Shown here: in pieces, positions 1-10,041 of the stretch | Layout: every line of letters starts with the position of its first letter | How positions within the stretch are numbered: position 1 is the stretch's first letter | Assembly: GCA_965209095.1 (NCBI GenBank) | Contig: OZ242381.1 | Location: 3,589,052-3,653,051, forward strand | Source: Candidatus Poribacteria bacterium | GTDB taxonomy: Bacteria > Poribacteria > WGA-4E > WGA-3G | Direction: 5' to 3' | DNA: 64,000 bases | Translations under genes and position numbers: made by a program | The notes under the pieces: model-generated | What the model saw: only the letters and a program-made list of their open reading frames with translations | Told to the model about the DNA's origin: nothing | The model's database searches: none

Positions 1-1
1 T

Positions 2-2047
2 CATGATCCTGATGAGGTAACCCTTATTAACATTGTCGGTGAAATCGCTCCAGATAAGATTACTGAATTGCTTGGCAATTTAAGCAAATTCGGTATGACA
101 GATATTGATCTTGAAGACACGCTGAAGACAGGTGTTGAGCCAAAAGCAGAAAGGGATACCGTTCAAAAAGAGCTTCTCGCTGTCAAAGCAGAAAAACCAC
201 CAAAAATTGACGGTAAACTTGATGACCCATGTTGGAAAACCGCACCTCAAACCGACGGGTTCACGCATGTAGAAACGGAAAAACTTGTCAAAGATCAGAC
301 AATAGTCAAACTCCTTTACACCGACAAAGCGATCTACGTTGCCTGGTACATTTACGATTCTGATCCTAAAACAATCGTAACAGACAAGAAGTTGGATTCT
401 AGCCAGTTCCTTGATGCGGAATCGGTCTGCTTTAGCATAGACCCATTCCATACACATCAATCCAGGCCTCGCATCCGGTTTATGGTCAATCCGTTTGATC
501 AACAAAAATTTGAACGTCTATCATTGGGGAATCAGCAGAAATCTAAAGTGACGAACGATTGGATCGCGATTACGAAAATCGTTGATGATGGATGGGTTGT
601 AGAGATGGAAATTCCTTGGAAGGTGTTAGACTATCCAGATACTTCCGAACCGATTCAGATGGGGATCAACTTCAACAGGAAACAGCAGCGGACAGGTGAG
701 GATTCTTGGTGGTCAAATATAGGTGTTGAGAAGGAATACAAAAACGATGGCAATTGGATACGGGTATTACCACCACGAAAGTCTTCCCGCATGCAAGGAA
801 TGTTAGATGCATTTGAAGAAGGAAAATACAATGCTTCAGGTGTTTTTACACGTGGTAAAGACGGTTCTCCCACAGATAGCGATTTCTTTCGTCTCGTGAA
901 CACCAGCGGCTTAAATCCTATTGATGGGCTTAGACTCGGTGGTGGATTTGAACTCGGCACAGGGTGGAATCCTGATCCGTACTTTTTTGAAAGATCCGGC
1001 GAAACGATTCAACGGAATAGGATTCTAAACACAACATCATTCGGTATTGATGAGAACGAATTCGGTATACGATCAAGCCTATCACCGAAACCTTTCATAT
1101 TCGGTACTATGAGTTATGCACTTCGGACAGAATTCCCTAATTACCGACTTGGTGGTGGTGTCTTATTCGGCGAGAAATCAAGCCTCACTTATAGTGTCCA
1201 AATTCATAGGTTGACATCTGCCAGGGACAGAGATCTCTTATTAAGCGGCAGTGAACAGTTCTTAAGAGCGTTCTTTGATGCAGGTTTTCAAGACTACTAT
1301 ACAAGACAAGGGGGAGTCATGGCATTGCAATGGCAGCATGCATCCTTAAAGCATACGCTTGGACTATCCCTGCTTTTAGAGGAACATGAAAGTATTAGGG
1401 AAGATAGCACCTCTTACTTCAGAATCGGAACTTCAAGCTACCACTTAGGCACAGATCTAAGACCGAATTCTCCCATATACGATGGAAGAATGCATAGCAT
1501 CTCCCTTAAGTACGATTTTGACACCCGTCAGGACACTAAAATCAGCTATAACCTTAGAAACCGAGCGAACAAAAATGAGTGGTATAATACTTTCTTAGTT
1601 GAGCATTCTAATCCTGATTTGGGTTCTACGTATGATTTCACTCGCTTTATAATACATCTTCGCAACTATCACCCAATTGGAGATGATCGGATTGATACAC
1701 GTCTAAAAGTTGGACTTGCATCTACTTCGTATATGCTGCCTTACCAACGTCAATTTGTTCTTGGTGGCACAGGAACACTACGTGGATACTCTCTTTATGA
1801 ATTTGTAGGTAACCACGGATTCCTATTCAATATGGAGTATGCACATAATTTAGCAACTAATATTTACATTGTTCCTTTTGTAGATATAGGACAAACATGG
1901 ATGAATTTGGAAGAGATTAATGATATTTACCCGAAGGTTAATTTGGGTATCGGTTTCCAACTCGGTATCTTCAGATTGAACTTCGCAAGGGCACTTGAGA
2001 GGAGTAGTGAATATCGAGCCAATTTCAAATGGTCCCGCACGTTTTAA
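2..2047 (+). CDS. 5'-truncated multidomain outer-membrane protein: DUF4252-like tail, CBM9/DUF5916-like domain, C-terminal Omp85/BamA-TamA-like beta-barrel
   Basis: Frame is open from base 2 (HDPDEVTLINIVGEIAPDKITELLGNL, like a DUF4252 C-terminus). PPKIDGKLDDPCW...GWVVEMEIPW is the CBM9-like signature. C-terminus has LGGTGTLRGY, amphipathic strands and a terminal F. Confidence 0.65.
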   Translation, partial: HDPDEVTLINIVGEIAPDKITELLGNLSKFGMTDIDLEDTLKTGVEPKAERDTVQKELLAVKAEKPPKIDGKLDDPCWKTAPQTDGFTHVETEKLVKDQTIVKLLYTDKAIYVAWYIYDSDPKTIVTDKKLDSSQFLDAESVCFSIDPFHTHQSRPRIRFMVNPFDQQKFERLSLGNQQKSKVTNDWIAITKIVDDGWVVEMEIPWKVLDYPDTSEPIQMGINFNRKQQRTGEDSWWSNIGVEKEYKNDGNWIRVLPPRKSSRMQGMLDAFEEGKYNASGVFTRGKDGSPTDSDFFRLVNTSGLNPIDGLRLGGGFELGTGWNPDPYFFERSGETIQRNRILNTTSFGIDENEFGIRSSLSPKPFIFGTMSYALRTEFPNYRLGGGVLFGEKSSLTYSVQIHRLTSARDRDLLLSGSEQFLRAFFDAGFQDYYTRQGGVMALQWQHASLKHTLGLSLLLEEHESIREDSTSYFRIGTSSYHLGTDLRPNSPIYDGRMHSISLKYDFDTRQDTKISYNLRNRANKNEWYNTFLVEHSNPDLGSTYDFTRFIIHLRNYHPIGDDRIDTRLKVGLASTSYMLPYQRQFVLGGTGTLRGYSLYEFVGNHGFLFNMEYAHNLATNIYIVPFVDIGQTWMNLEEINDIYPKVNLGIGFQLGIFRLNFARALERSSEYRANFKWSRTF

Positions 2048-2191
2048 ATCAATCTAACAGACCAAACATCGTTTCTAATTATTGAATTGCGCGACTACAA
2101 ACACCGTAAATAAAAGATAAAAGTCATTTCCCATATATATGGGAAATGTTCAATACTATTTCGTCAGAAATCTGAAAAGGAGAATACTGAA

Positions 2192-3511
2192 ATGAAAGCA
2201 ATTTTGACTGTGGCGATGATCCTAAGTTTACCGATGGCTTCTGCAAACGCAGATACACCTGCTGAAAAGCCGAGTGAAGATGTCACCGAGGCGCAGAGCC
2301 AGAAAAACATGGAAATCTGCAAGCAACATTTTCGCGAAATTGGCAAGGCGATTCAGGCATACAAAAAGGAACACGGTGATTTCCCTAAGAGGCTATCAGA
2401 ACTTCACCCGAAATATTTGCCAGATGCAAACCTCTTGCTTTGTCCTGCAGATAAAGAGGGCGGCAAGCCAATCTCTTATTGGAACGCAGACCCGAAAATG
2501 CCTGTGAGTTATGGGTATGAGTTTCTTCCTAAAAACCGAGAGAAGATAAATGAAACCCGTTTTGTGTATGGCGATCACATACCGCTTGTCCGATGTCTAC
2601 ATCACATCAACCCGGATAAAGTCTCTAAAGAAGGTCTGAACTTGAGTTTTTCCTTGAAAATTTACAAGTCAGGTTTTAATTGGAGCGACGAAGATATACA
2701 CGGTAGTCCCGAAGCCGCTATTGCTGCCTTTGAAAACTCGCTTGCGCAATATCCGGATGATCGGCGGTTCTTTGATCTCTACCCGCGGCTTGTCGTACTC
2801 TACACCAAGGTCGGAAACGAAAAATCAGCAGATGCTCTTATTGAACGTTTCAAGTCACCAGGCATGATACCAGACAATAATGGGTACCGCTCAGTATTCG
2901 GGAAACTTAGGCACGTGGGCCTCTATAAGGAGCTGCTTGAGATTTTTAAGGCAGCTGAGCAGCGGCAGCCCGACGAGGGGGTTATCCTCTTTCGCCTTGC
3001 CCACATTTATGAGAAATTAGGCAATGCTGAACTCGCCGAAGTCTACTATCGGAAGTCTGATCCCAAATATGAATTGTGGGGAAAATTGTTGCCCGACTTC
3101 TCTGCGACTGACCTTGATGGCAAACCGATTTCGCTGAAGCAATATCGTGGAAAAGTCGTCTTGCTCGACTTTTGGGGAGTCTGGTGTGGTTTCTGTATTG
3201 ACGAAATGCCCAATCTCAAAAGAGTTTACGCTACCTATAAAGATCAAGGGTTTGACATTATCGGTGTTAGTCTTGACGATGAGGAAGCGGTACTGCGGGA
3301 CTATATTAAAGAGAACAACATCCAGTGGCGGCAGATTTACAGTGGCAAAAGGTCGGAGGAGGATCCACTTGTACAGCAGTTTAAAATTACGAGTGTTCCA
3401 TCACAGTGGCTTATTGACAGGGATGGCAAACTAATCACGCATAAGGCAAGAGGAGAAAAGTTGGAACAACTCGTCATGGAAGCACTCAAGAACAAAACCG
3501 AGAGTAAGTAA
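2192..3511 (+). CDS. Secreted TlpA/AhpC-TSA thioredoxin-family protein with N-terminal pseudopilin-like/DUF1559-like helix and TPR region
   Basis: Signal peptide; CKQHFREIGKAIQAYKKEHGDFP; TPR-like helices; PDFSATDLDGKPISLKQYRGKVVLLDFWGVWCGFC (CxxC). Confidence 0.8.
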   Translation: MKAILTVAMILSLPMASANADTPAEKPSEDVTEAQSQKNMEICKQHFREIGKAIQAYKKEHGDFPKRLSELHPKYLPDANLLLCPADKEGGKPISYWNADPKMPVSYGYEFLPKNREKINETRFVYGDHIPLVRCLHHINPDKVSKEGLNLSFSLKIYKSGFNWSDEDIHGSPEAAIAAFENSLAQYPDDRRFFDLYPRLVVLYTKVGNEKSADALIERFKSPGMIPDNNGYRSVFGKLRHVGLYKELLEIFKAAEQRQPDEGVILFRLAHIYEKLGNAELAEVYYRKSDPKYELWGKLLPDFSATDLDGKPISLKQYRGKVVLLDFWGVWCGFCIDEMPNLKRVYATYKDQGFDIIGVSLDDEEAVLRDYIKENNIQWRQIYSGKRSEEDPLVQQFKITSVPSQWLIDRDGKLITHKARGEKLEQLVMEALKNKTESK

Positions 3512-3538
3512 CCAAATCTATCAAGGATGACGATTAAT

Positions 3539-3565
3539 GTATGCGGGAAATCAATACCCGCATAC
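3539..3565 (+). terminator. Stem-loop after the TlpA gene
   Basis: GTATGCGGG-9nt-CCCGCATAC perfect 9-bp stem just after the stop; weak U-tract. Confidence 0.5.
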
Positions 3566-3599
3566 ATTATAGTGAAATCCAAAAATTGTAACTTTAAGG

Positions 3600-3903
3600 G
3601 GGGGCGTAAAGTTTTTGGCACAGAGATACAAACTTCTGTTTTCTTTAGTCCCGTAGGGACGATATGTTTATAGAAAACGTCATGTACAACCTCTTTAGTC
3701 CCGTAGGGACGATATGTTTATCTTTCTATGCCGTTCCTACGGAACTCAAGAGAGGTGGTCCACATTTTTTCTATAAACATATCGTCCCTACGGGACTGAA
3801 GAACATAATGCAAAAGTTATAGTGTATAAGACAACGCCAAAGTAGGAACAATAAGGCATCCGGCAATATTTACAGATTCTTTTGCCAAAAACTTTACACA
3901 CCC
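3600..3903. mobile_element. MITE, GGGTGTGTAAAGTTTTTGGCA TIR family (IS256/Mutator-like), carrying CCCGTAGGGACGATATGTTTAT REP-like units
   Basis: 21-bp TIRs (left copy slightly degenerate) and a perfect 9-bp TSD ACTTTAAGG at 3591-3599 and 3904-3912; no transposase inside. Confidence 0.85.
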
Positions 3904-3950
3904 ACTTTAAGGTATAAGATTGTAATTTTCCCATACTGAAGGAGAGTCCA

Positions 3951-4478
3951 ATGAAAAAATTGAATCAGTTTTTACCCCTTACCATTTTCACTTTTCTGTT
4001 TATTTTACCTTTTCTTACCGGTTGTGCTGAAACGGAACGTGAAATGATGTTTCCTGATCGTGAACTGCCTGAAAGTGTTACTATTTCAATTGAAGATATA
4101 TCTGAAGGAGCAACATTAAATCTTGCTATTTCCACTGACTACAAAGAACATAGGGACAATTTTGGGAACAAAGTTATTATCCACAATAACGAAGAGAAGT
4201 ACACCGTTACAGAGAATTTCAGTAAGACACTTCCATTAATTGTTCCTGATGAAAGGTCTTTTTCTGTCAAACTTAAATGTACTGCATTTGAATCCGAAAG
4301 CGATGAAGGAACCGACTCGCTTCGTTTGATAATCCAGTTTCATGGTAACGGAAATTTTGATAATGGAAATTACAATCAAGTGCATCCGATTGAACTGGGC
4401 ACATCCATCAACTTACAAAGTGCTTTCAGTCGATATGATGGCACCTCCAAAAGTTGGGAATACTTACCTCCAGATTAG
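3951..4478 (+). CDS. Hypothetical lipoprotein
   Basis: RBS GAAGGAG; lipobox FLTGC; no recognisable domain. Confidence 0.7.
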   Translation: MKKLNQFLPLTIFTFLFILPFLTGCAETEREMMFPDRELPESVTISIEDISEGATLNLAISTDYKEHRDNFGNKVIIHNNEEKYTVTENFSKTLPLIVPDERSFSVKLKCTAFESESDEGTDSLRLIIQFHGNGNFDNGNYNQVHPIELGTSINLQSAFSRYDGTSKSWEYLPPD

Positions 4479-4646
4479 AACTCTTGCGGAGTGCTTTTTC
4501 AACCGATACGAAAGACATCCTTGATATTACAACCACTTTATAGATCTCAGCAGATCTTGCTATAATGTAAACCCTATCCTAATAAAGATAGGGTTTTTGT
4601 CTTGCTCAATATGACCTCATAATATAAATTTCACTAAAATGAAAAA

Positions 4647-4667
4647 AGATGCAACAATTTTGCATCT
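4647..4667. promoter_or_regulatory. Palindrome upstream of the ECF sigma gene, overlapping a candidate ECF promoter (GCAAC-17-GTAGTA)
   Basis: AGATGCAA-CAATT-TTGCATCT perfect 8-bp inverted repeat; the promoter assignment is inference. Confidence 0.4.
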
Positions 4668-4707
4668 CGTTTGTAGTAGCGTTAACTCAAATCGCACGGA
4701 GTTACAA

Positions 4708-5244
4708 ATGACAGAAGATAAATTCCTTGAACTCATCCGAAAACATCAAGATAAAATATATCGTCATGCTTTTTATCTACTGAAAAACAGTGAAGATGCG
4801 AAAGACATGGCACAAGAAACATTTATAAAAGCATGGCAACATCGCGCTAAACTCAGAGAGGACACAGCGCACTCATGGATGCTGAAATGTGTTCAAAATT
4901 TCTGTTTCAATCAACTCAAACGCCGTAAGTTTCAGGTGCATTTAGATGAGGAAGAAGATGAAACGCTTGAGATACTACTGCATTCTTATTCATATCAGTC
5001 AAACCCAACCCCGGATGAAATTGCTATCAGACAAGAACTTAAGCTGTTTGTGAGACAAGCGATTGAAGAATTACCACCAGCCATGCGATCAACAGTCGTC
5101 ATGCGAGAATTTGAGGAAATGAGTTACAAGGAAATCGCGAAGGAATTGAAACAACCTGAAAACAGTGTTAAATCAATGTTATTCCGTGCTCGTAAACAAT
5201 TACGTGAGATATTAGATCGCTTATTAGAGGAGACAGAAGTATGA
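4708..5244 (+). CDS. ECF (sigma-70 group 4) RNA polymerase sigma factor
   Basis: Region 2 AKDMAQETFIKAW...SWM; region 4.2 MSYKEIAKEL...SVKSMLFRARKQL; start moved to the ATG after CGGAG. Confidence 0.92.
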   Translation: MTEDKFLELIRKHQDKIYRHAFYLLKNSEDAKDMAQETFIKAWQHRAKLREDTAHSWMLKCVQNFCFNQLKRRKFQVHLDEEEDETLEILLHSYSYQSNPTPDEIAIRQELKLFVRQAIEELPPAMRSTVVMREFEEMSYKEIAKELKQPENSVKSMLFRARKQLREILDRLLEETEV

Positions 5245-6047
5245 AACCGACAATCATGATACTCGGCAGCGGACATTTAGCAAATCCCGGTAAGGATACA
5301 TTCAATGTAAGAATGGATGATGTGCTTGCTCCAAAACGACAAAAGGAAATCAAACTGCTGGTTTCACAACTTAAAGAATTTCGCCCTACCAAAATTGCAC
5401 TTCAAGCAGACAAAAGATATGATTCAGAGGTCAATACAGACTATCAAAAGTATCTGGAAGACGTTTACCAACTCAAACAGTGGGAACATGATCAGATCGG
5501 CTTTCGGTTGGCGAAGCAGATGGGGCATCCGAAAGTATATTGTGTTGATTTTTGCCCTGAGCATGATCCGTTTTTCCCAGAAGACCTTGACCCAAATTTG
5601 TTAGACATAGACAAATACGCCACAGAAAACAACCAAGAACATCTTCTTCCTAAAATAGAGGATTTTGATATTCCAGAAGGAAAAATCCACCAAGAAGAAG
5701 ATGGAAGAGTCTGGATTGAACCTAAAAAGTATGAATCAATCATTGACATGTATATACGGTATAATCAACCTGAAGGCAGGTTCGCTGATCATCAGTCATA
5801 CTTGCGGATGTCCAAAGTCGGCATAGGCAACCAATATCCTGGAGCGAATTGGGTTGGGAATCACTGGTACCCACGAAATCTCAAAGTCTTTGTCAACCTG
5901 ACGCGAATTACAGAATCTGCTGAGGATAGGATATTAGTGATTATCGGGGCAGGACTTGTCTATCTGATTCAGCAGTTTATTGAGGACTGTGGGGATTACA
6001 TCATTGAAAGTCCCCTAAAATATATAAAATCGGAGGAAGTTAATTAA
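5241..6047 (+). CDS. DUF5694-family protein (TraB/Tiki/ChaN-like fold), probably catalytically degenerate
   Basis: TIMILGSGH, QIGFRLAKQMGH and WYPRNL motifs; ALQ and GAGL where the paralogue has ALE and GGGH. Confidence 0.75.
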   Translation: MKPTIMILGSGHLANPGKDTFNVRMDDVLAPKRQKEIKLLVSQLKEFRPTKIALQADKRYDSEVNTDYQKYLEDVYQLKQWEHDQIGFRLAKQMGHPKVYCVDFCPEHDPFFPEDLDPNLLDIDKYATENNQEHLLPKIEDFDIPEGKIHQEEDGRVWIEPKKYESIIDMYIRYNQPEGRFADHQSYLRMSKVGIGNQYPGANWVGNHWYPRNLKVFVNLTRITESAEDRILVIIGAGLVYLIQQFIEDCGDYIIESPLKYIKSEEVN

Positions 6048-6859
6048 TGAAACATAAAACGAAACCAACAATCATGATTCTTGGCAGCGGACACTTTGCT
6101 AATCCTGGATTTGACGCATACAATTACAGAATGGACGATGTGCTTAGTCCTAAACGTCAAAGCGAGATAAAACAACTGGTTGAGTTACTCAAACCGTTTC
6201 GGCCCACCAAGGTGGCACTTGAAATAGACGAAAGGTTTGACGTTGAAACTCAAACGGATTATCAAGGTTATCTCAACGGCACTTATGAACTCAAACGGGG
6301 TGAAGGGGACCAGATCGGTTTTCGGTTAGCAAAACAGATGGGACATCCGAAGGTATACTGTGTTGATTATTTCCCTGAGAAAGACCCGTTTTTTCCAGAA
6401 GATTTTGACTCAAATTTATTGGATATTGATAAGTTTGCTAATGAACATAATCAAGAACACCTTCTACCCAATGTAGAAGACTTCTTTACTGGTGAAAACG
6501 TGGAATTCCAGGAAGAGGAAGACGGTAGAGTCTGGATTGAACCTAAGGAATACGAATTGATTATCGACATGTTCATACGGGGCAATGAACCTGAAGGAAG
6601 AAGTGCCGAACATCGGCTATACTTACAGATGGCACAAGTTGGATTAGGAAAACAGTATCCTGGAGCGAATTGGGTTGGCCATCAATGGTATACTCGCAAT
6701 CTCAAAGTCTTTGTCAATCTAACACGCATTACTGAATCTACTGATGATCGTATCCTCTTGATTATCGGTGGTGGACATGTCTATTTGGTGCAACACTTTC
6801 TTGAGGCTTCAGGCAATTATATTGTAGAAAATCCACTAAAGTATCTGAAACCGAAATGA
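6047..6859 (+). CDS. DUF5694-family protein, tandem paralogue with intact motifs
   Basis: Collinear with the upstream gene; GSGH, VALE, WYTRN and GGGH present; TAATG overlap. Confidence 0.78.
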   Translation: MKHKTKPTIMILGSGHFANPGFDAYNYRMDDVLSPKRQSEIKQLVELLKPFRPTKVALEIDERFDVETQTDYQGYLNGTYELKRGEGDQIGFRLAKQMGHPKVYCVDYFPEKDPFFPEDFDSNLLDIDKFANEHNQEHLLPNVEDFFTGENVEFQEEEDGRVWIEPKEYELIIDMFIRGNEPEGRSAEHRLYLQMAQVGLGKQYPGANWVGHQWYTRNLKVFVNLTRITESTDDRILLIIGGGHVYLVQHFLEASGNYIVENPLKYLKPK

Positions 6860-7097
6860 GTTAATGCTACCTATCGCAAGACAACAAATCCCGTGCGGTT
6901 AGGAAATCGTACCATCGGTGTCAATTTAGTGGAATTCTCTTTGTCTGAACCAGGATTTGCGGGATTAGTAGATTTTCAAGATTATGTTCGGGGTTAGGAA
7001 ACCTTCCAACAATGGAGTTGGGAACCTTCCAACAATACAAATGCTTGTCAATCAAAAGAATATGTGGTATGATTGTGTTTATCAAAGGAGGAACAAA

Positions 7098-8150
7098 ATG
7101 GCGATAGGATTAGGTGTTATTGGAATCAATCCGACCAATATGGGATCAACGACAACACTGCTAAAAGATGTGCCGGATTTGGATTATGAACTTCGCGGAA
7201 TCTGCGCTAAACGTCCGGATGTGCTTGAAGACTATGCTAAGCAGATCGGTGTTGATTTTTGGACAACAGACTACCGCGAGTTGGTGCATCGAGGGGATAT
7301 CTCTGTTGTTGCTGTGTATTCGCCGGATCATGTGCATGCTGACCATTGCATCGCTGCGATTGAGGCAGGAAAGCATGTAGTTTGCACAAAACCGATGGTA
7401 ACAACATTAGCAGATGCGCAAAAGTTGGTAGATTTAGTCAGAAAGCACGGAGTCAAGTTCCTTGTCGGGCAGACGATGCGTTTTGATCTGCAGTTTCTAA
7501 CTATGAAGCGACTTTTTGACGACGGTGATTTAGGCGACATCATGGTTGCAGATGCCTATTATGTTCATGACTTGCGTGATGTTTATGATTTTACCCCGTG
7601 GCGATTGCAAGTGCCACAAGACCTTATGTTTGGTGGTGTTGTGCATCCTGTTGACATTTTACGTAGTTTTCTCGGTGATGTTGCGGAGGTGCATGCGTAC
7701 GGAACGAAAGGTTCGCTCACACCTGAATTTCCAATCAAAAATAACTTCTTTCTCAATCTGAATTTTGAAGGTGGACAGATTGCCAGAGCGATGGGACTAT
7801 ATGATGTCGTGCACCCACCGATGCCGATGATGCAGGTTTCTATTTACGGTAGTAAAGGCACAATGATTGGCGACTTCACAGATAACAAAGGTGGTCAGGT
7901 TAAACTGATGTTGGACAAGATGTCCGCACGTGAACCCTTTGAAATGACTTGTGCACCTGAAATAGATTCAAGCGTTTATGGGCATGGGCAAACGGTGATA
8001 AGATATATGCGTCATTTTCAACAGTGTCTTGAACAAGATTTGGAACCGTCTCCGAATGTTGTTGATGGTGCGAAGTCTATTGCTGTGGGTGTTGCTGCTT
8101 GGGAATCTATTGAAACGGGTAAACCTGTGAAGGTGTTCAACGATTTTTAA
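7098..8150 (+). CDS. Gfo/Idh/MocA family oxidoreductase
   Basis: AGGAGG RBS; HADHCIAAIEAGKHVVCTKPM and GGVVHPVD family motifs. Confidence 0.9.
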   Translation: MAIGLGVIGINPTNMGSTTTLLKDVPDLDYELRGICAKRPDVLEDYAKQIGVDFWTTDYRELVHRGDISVVAVYSPDHVHADHCIAAIEAGKHVVCTKPMVTTLADAQKLVDLVRKHGVKFLVGQTMRFDLQFLTMKRLFDDGDLGDIMVADAYYVHDLRDVYDFTPWRLQVPQDLMFGGVVHPVDILRSFLGDVAEVHAYGTKGSLTPEFPIKNNFFLNLNFEGGQIARAMGLYDVVHPPMPMMQVSIYGSKGTMIGDFTDNKGGQVKLMLDKMSAREPFEMTCAPEIDSSVYGHGQTVIRYMRHFQQCLEQDLEPSPNVVDGAKSIAVGVAAWESIETGKPVKVFNDF

Positions 8151-8232
8151 TATTGTGAGTGTGGTTGGTATAGACAATCAATCGGGGTTGGAAACCCATC
8201 CTACAGGAAGATGTTACAAAAGGAAGCAAACT

Positions 8233-9990
8233 ATGATGAAGTTGCTACTTTATTCATTAATGTTTTTCATTGTATCTACAATTGCTGTTGCTGACGAGTC
8301 TGATTCTTTTGGGACTCCGCCGTGGCAACCCGCAGGTAAATATACACATCCCGGTATCCGTGAGAGTTCTGGTATCGTTGCGAGTCAGCAGTTTGATGGT
8401 GTCTACTGGACGTTGAATGACTCAGGTAATCCCGCCGTGCTTTATGCGACTAAACGAAATGGGGAATTAATCCAAGAGATCAAAGTGCGCGGCACACGCA
8501 ATTTTGACTGGGAAGCACTCGGAATTGATGACAAAGGGCAACTTTGGATTGGTGACATTGGCAACAATAGTCGTATGCGGTTTGACTTGAATGTAGTCGT
8601 TGTGAAGGAACCAAACCCGTTCTCTGAAACTGAAACGGAGGTAATCGCAAAATATCCTTATCGTTATTCCGATAACAGTGTAGATGCGGAAGGGCTGTTT
8701 ATTGTTAAAGGTATCCCTTACATTGTCTCTAAAGAACAATCAACTGCGGTGCTTTATCGTTTCCCTTTATTGAAAGCGGATGAGAAACAGGTCCTTGAAC
8801 GTGTGGGTGAATTTGCTGAAGCAAGATTGGTTACGGGGGCAGGTATCTCAGCAGATGGGAAGCGGTTGGCTGTCTGCACATATAATTCCTTATGGGTGTA
8901 TGAGGTCACTGGTGATAACTTAGCGCAGACGATAAAAGGTAAACCGTGGATATTGCCTCACAACTTTCAAGGAGAAGCGATCTGTTTTGAAGGACACAAT
9001 CTCTATCTTACAAACGAAGCACGGGATATCTATGCCCTACCACAATTTTGGTATGAAAAGCAGTGGAGATTACCGCCGAAGGACACACAATCTGCGATAT
9101 CCTTATTGGTTGAACAAAAATCGGATGGATATAAGTTGGAAAACTATCGTGATGCGGGTATTGATATAGATGGAGGACATGTTGCATTGAACGCAAAAGC
9201 AGTTGGTGCAGAAATCCATCAAAAGATTGAAGTGCAACACAGGAACCTTTATCAGATCAGTGCAGTGATGACTCGTGGACCTGAATATGGACTTGGTGAA
9301 CTCAGCGTAAATGGAAAAGTTGTCGGACTGCCTTATGATGCCTACTATCCTGAACCGGTTGCTGGAACTTTGGTATTATTTGGCACGGTCGCGTTGAATC
9401 ATGGTGAAAATGCGTTTGTCTTGAAGAATGTTGGCAAATCAACCGAGTCTACAGGATACAAAATTGGGATCGATTCCTATCAGATATTGCATGCCTCCCC
9501 GTTTATTAAACGTTACATGGTTTTAGGTCCAATTCCAAAAACAGATGCAAACACGACTGTTCCAAAGGTTTCTCCTGAAAAGCACCTTAACTTGAACGAG
9601 ACCTACACGGGAATAGATGGCAAAACAATCCGCTGGCGTGAAGCAGACACCAGACAGAGTGGTATGCTGGATTTTAGATCGAACATCGGTATGAGGACAG
9701 GAGTTGTTGGATACGCGGTGACATACATCTATGCTCCAAAAGCGATGGAGACTGCCATGCTGTTAGGTAGCGATGAGACGGTTATGGTATGGCTAAACGG
9801 CACAGAGATTCACAGAAAACGGGTGTACCGTCGTATCACACGGGATGCTGATGTCATTCCGTGCAAGTTGAAAGCAGGATGGAACGAGGTCCTGTGTAGT
9901 GTTGAACAGAATAGTTGGACATGGGCATTGTTTCTGCGTTTTACGGATGCAGATGGTGTGCTGAAATATAGATTGTCTCCCAATAAATAG
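8233..9990 (+). CDS. Secreted multidomain protein: beta-propeller, CBM-like jelly roll, PA14-like C-terminal domain
   Basis: Signal peptide; ESSG, NDSG, DWEA and GEAICF propeller motifs; GSDETVMVWLNG...LKAGWNEVL. Confidence 0.6.
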   Translation: MMKLLLYSLMFFIVSTIAVADESDSFGTPPWQPAGKYTHPGIRESSGIVASQQFDGVYWTLNDSGNPAVLYATKRNGELIQEIKVRGTRNFDWEALGIDDKGQLWIGDIGNNSRMRFDLNVVVVKEPNPFSETETEVIAKYPYRYSDNSVDAEGLFIVKGIPYIVSKEQSTAVLYRFPLLKADEKQVLERVGEFAEARLVTGAGISADGKRLAVCTYNSLWVYEVTGDNLAQTIKGKPWILPHNFQGEAICFEGHNLYLTNEARDIYALPQFWYEKQWRLPPKDTQSAISLLVEQKSDGYKLENYRDAGIDIDGGHVALNAKAVGAEIHQKIEVQHRNLYQISAVMTRGPEYGLGELSVNGKVVGLPYDAYYPEPVAGTLVLFGTVALNHGENAFVLKNVGKSTESTGYKIGIDSYQILHASPFIKRYMVLGPIPKTDANTTVPKVSPEKHLNLNETYTGIDGKTIRWREADTRQSGMLDFRSNIGMRTGVVGYAVTYIYAPKAMETAMLLGSDETVMVWLNGTEIHRKRVYRRITRDADVIPCKLKAGWNEVLCSVEQNSWTWALFLRFTDADGVLKYRLSPNK

Positions 9991-10041
9991 AATAAATTTA
10001 GCAAATTAGACCATTTTTTTGCTTTAATTCCACAAAATTCT

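Noticed and set aside
6984-8232. Long N-terminal extensions of the Gfo/Idh/MocA ORF (from 6984) and the next ORF (from 8155)
   Set aside because: The extensions read through REP sequence; starts at 7098 and 8233 fit RBS and signal-peptide positions better.
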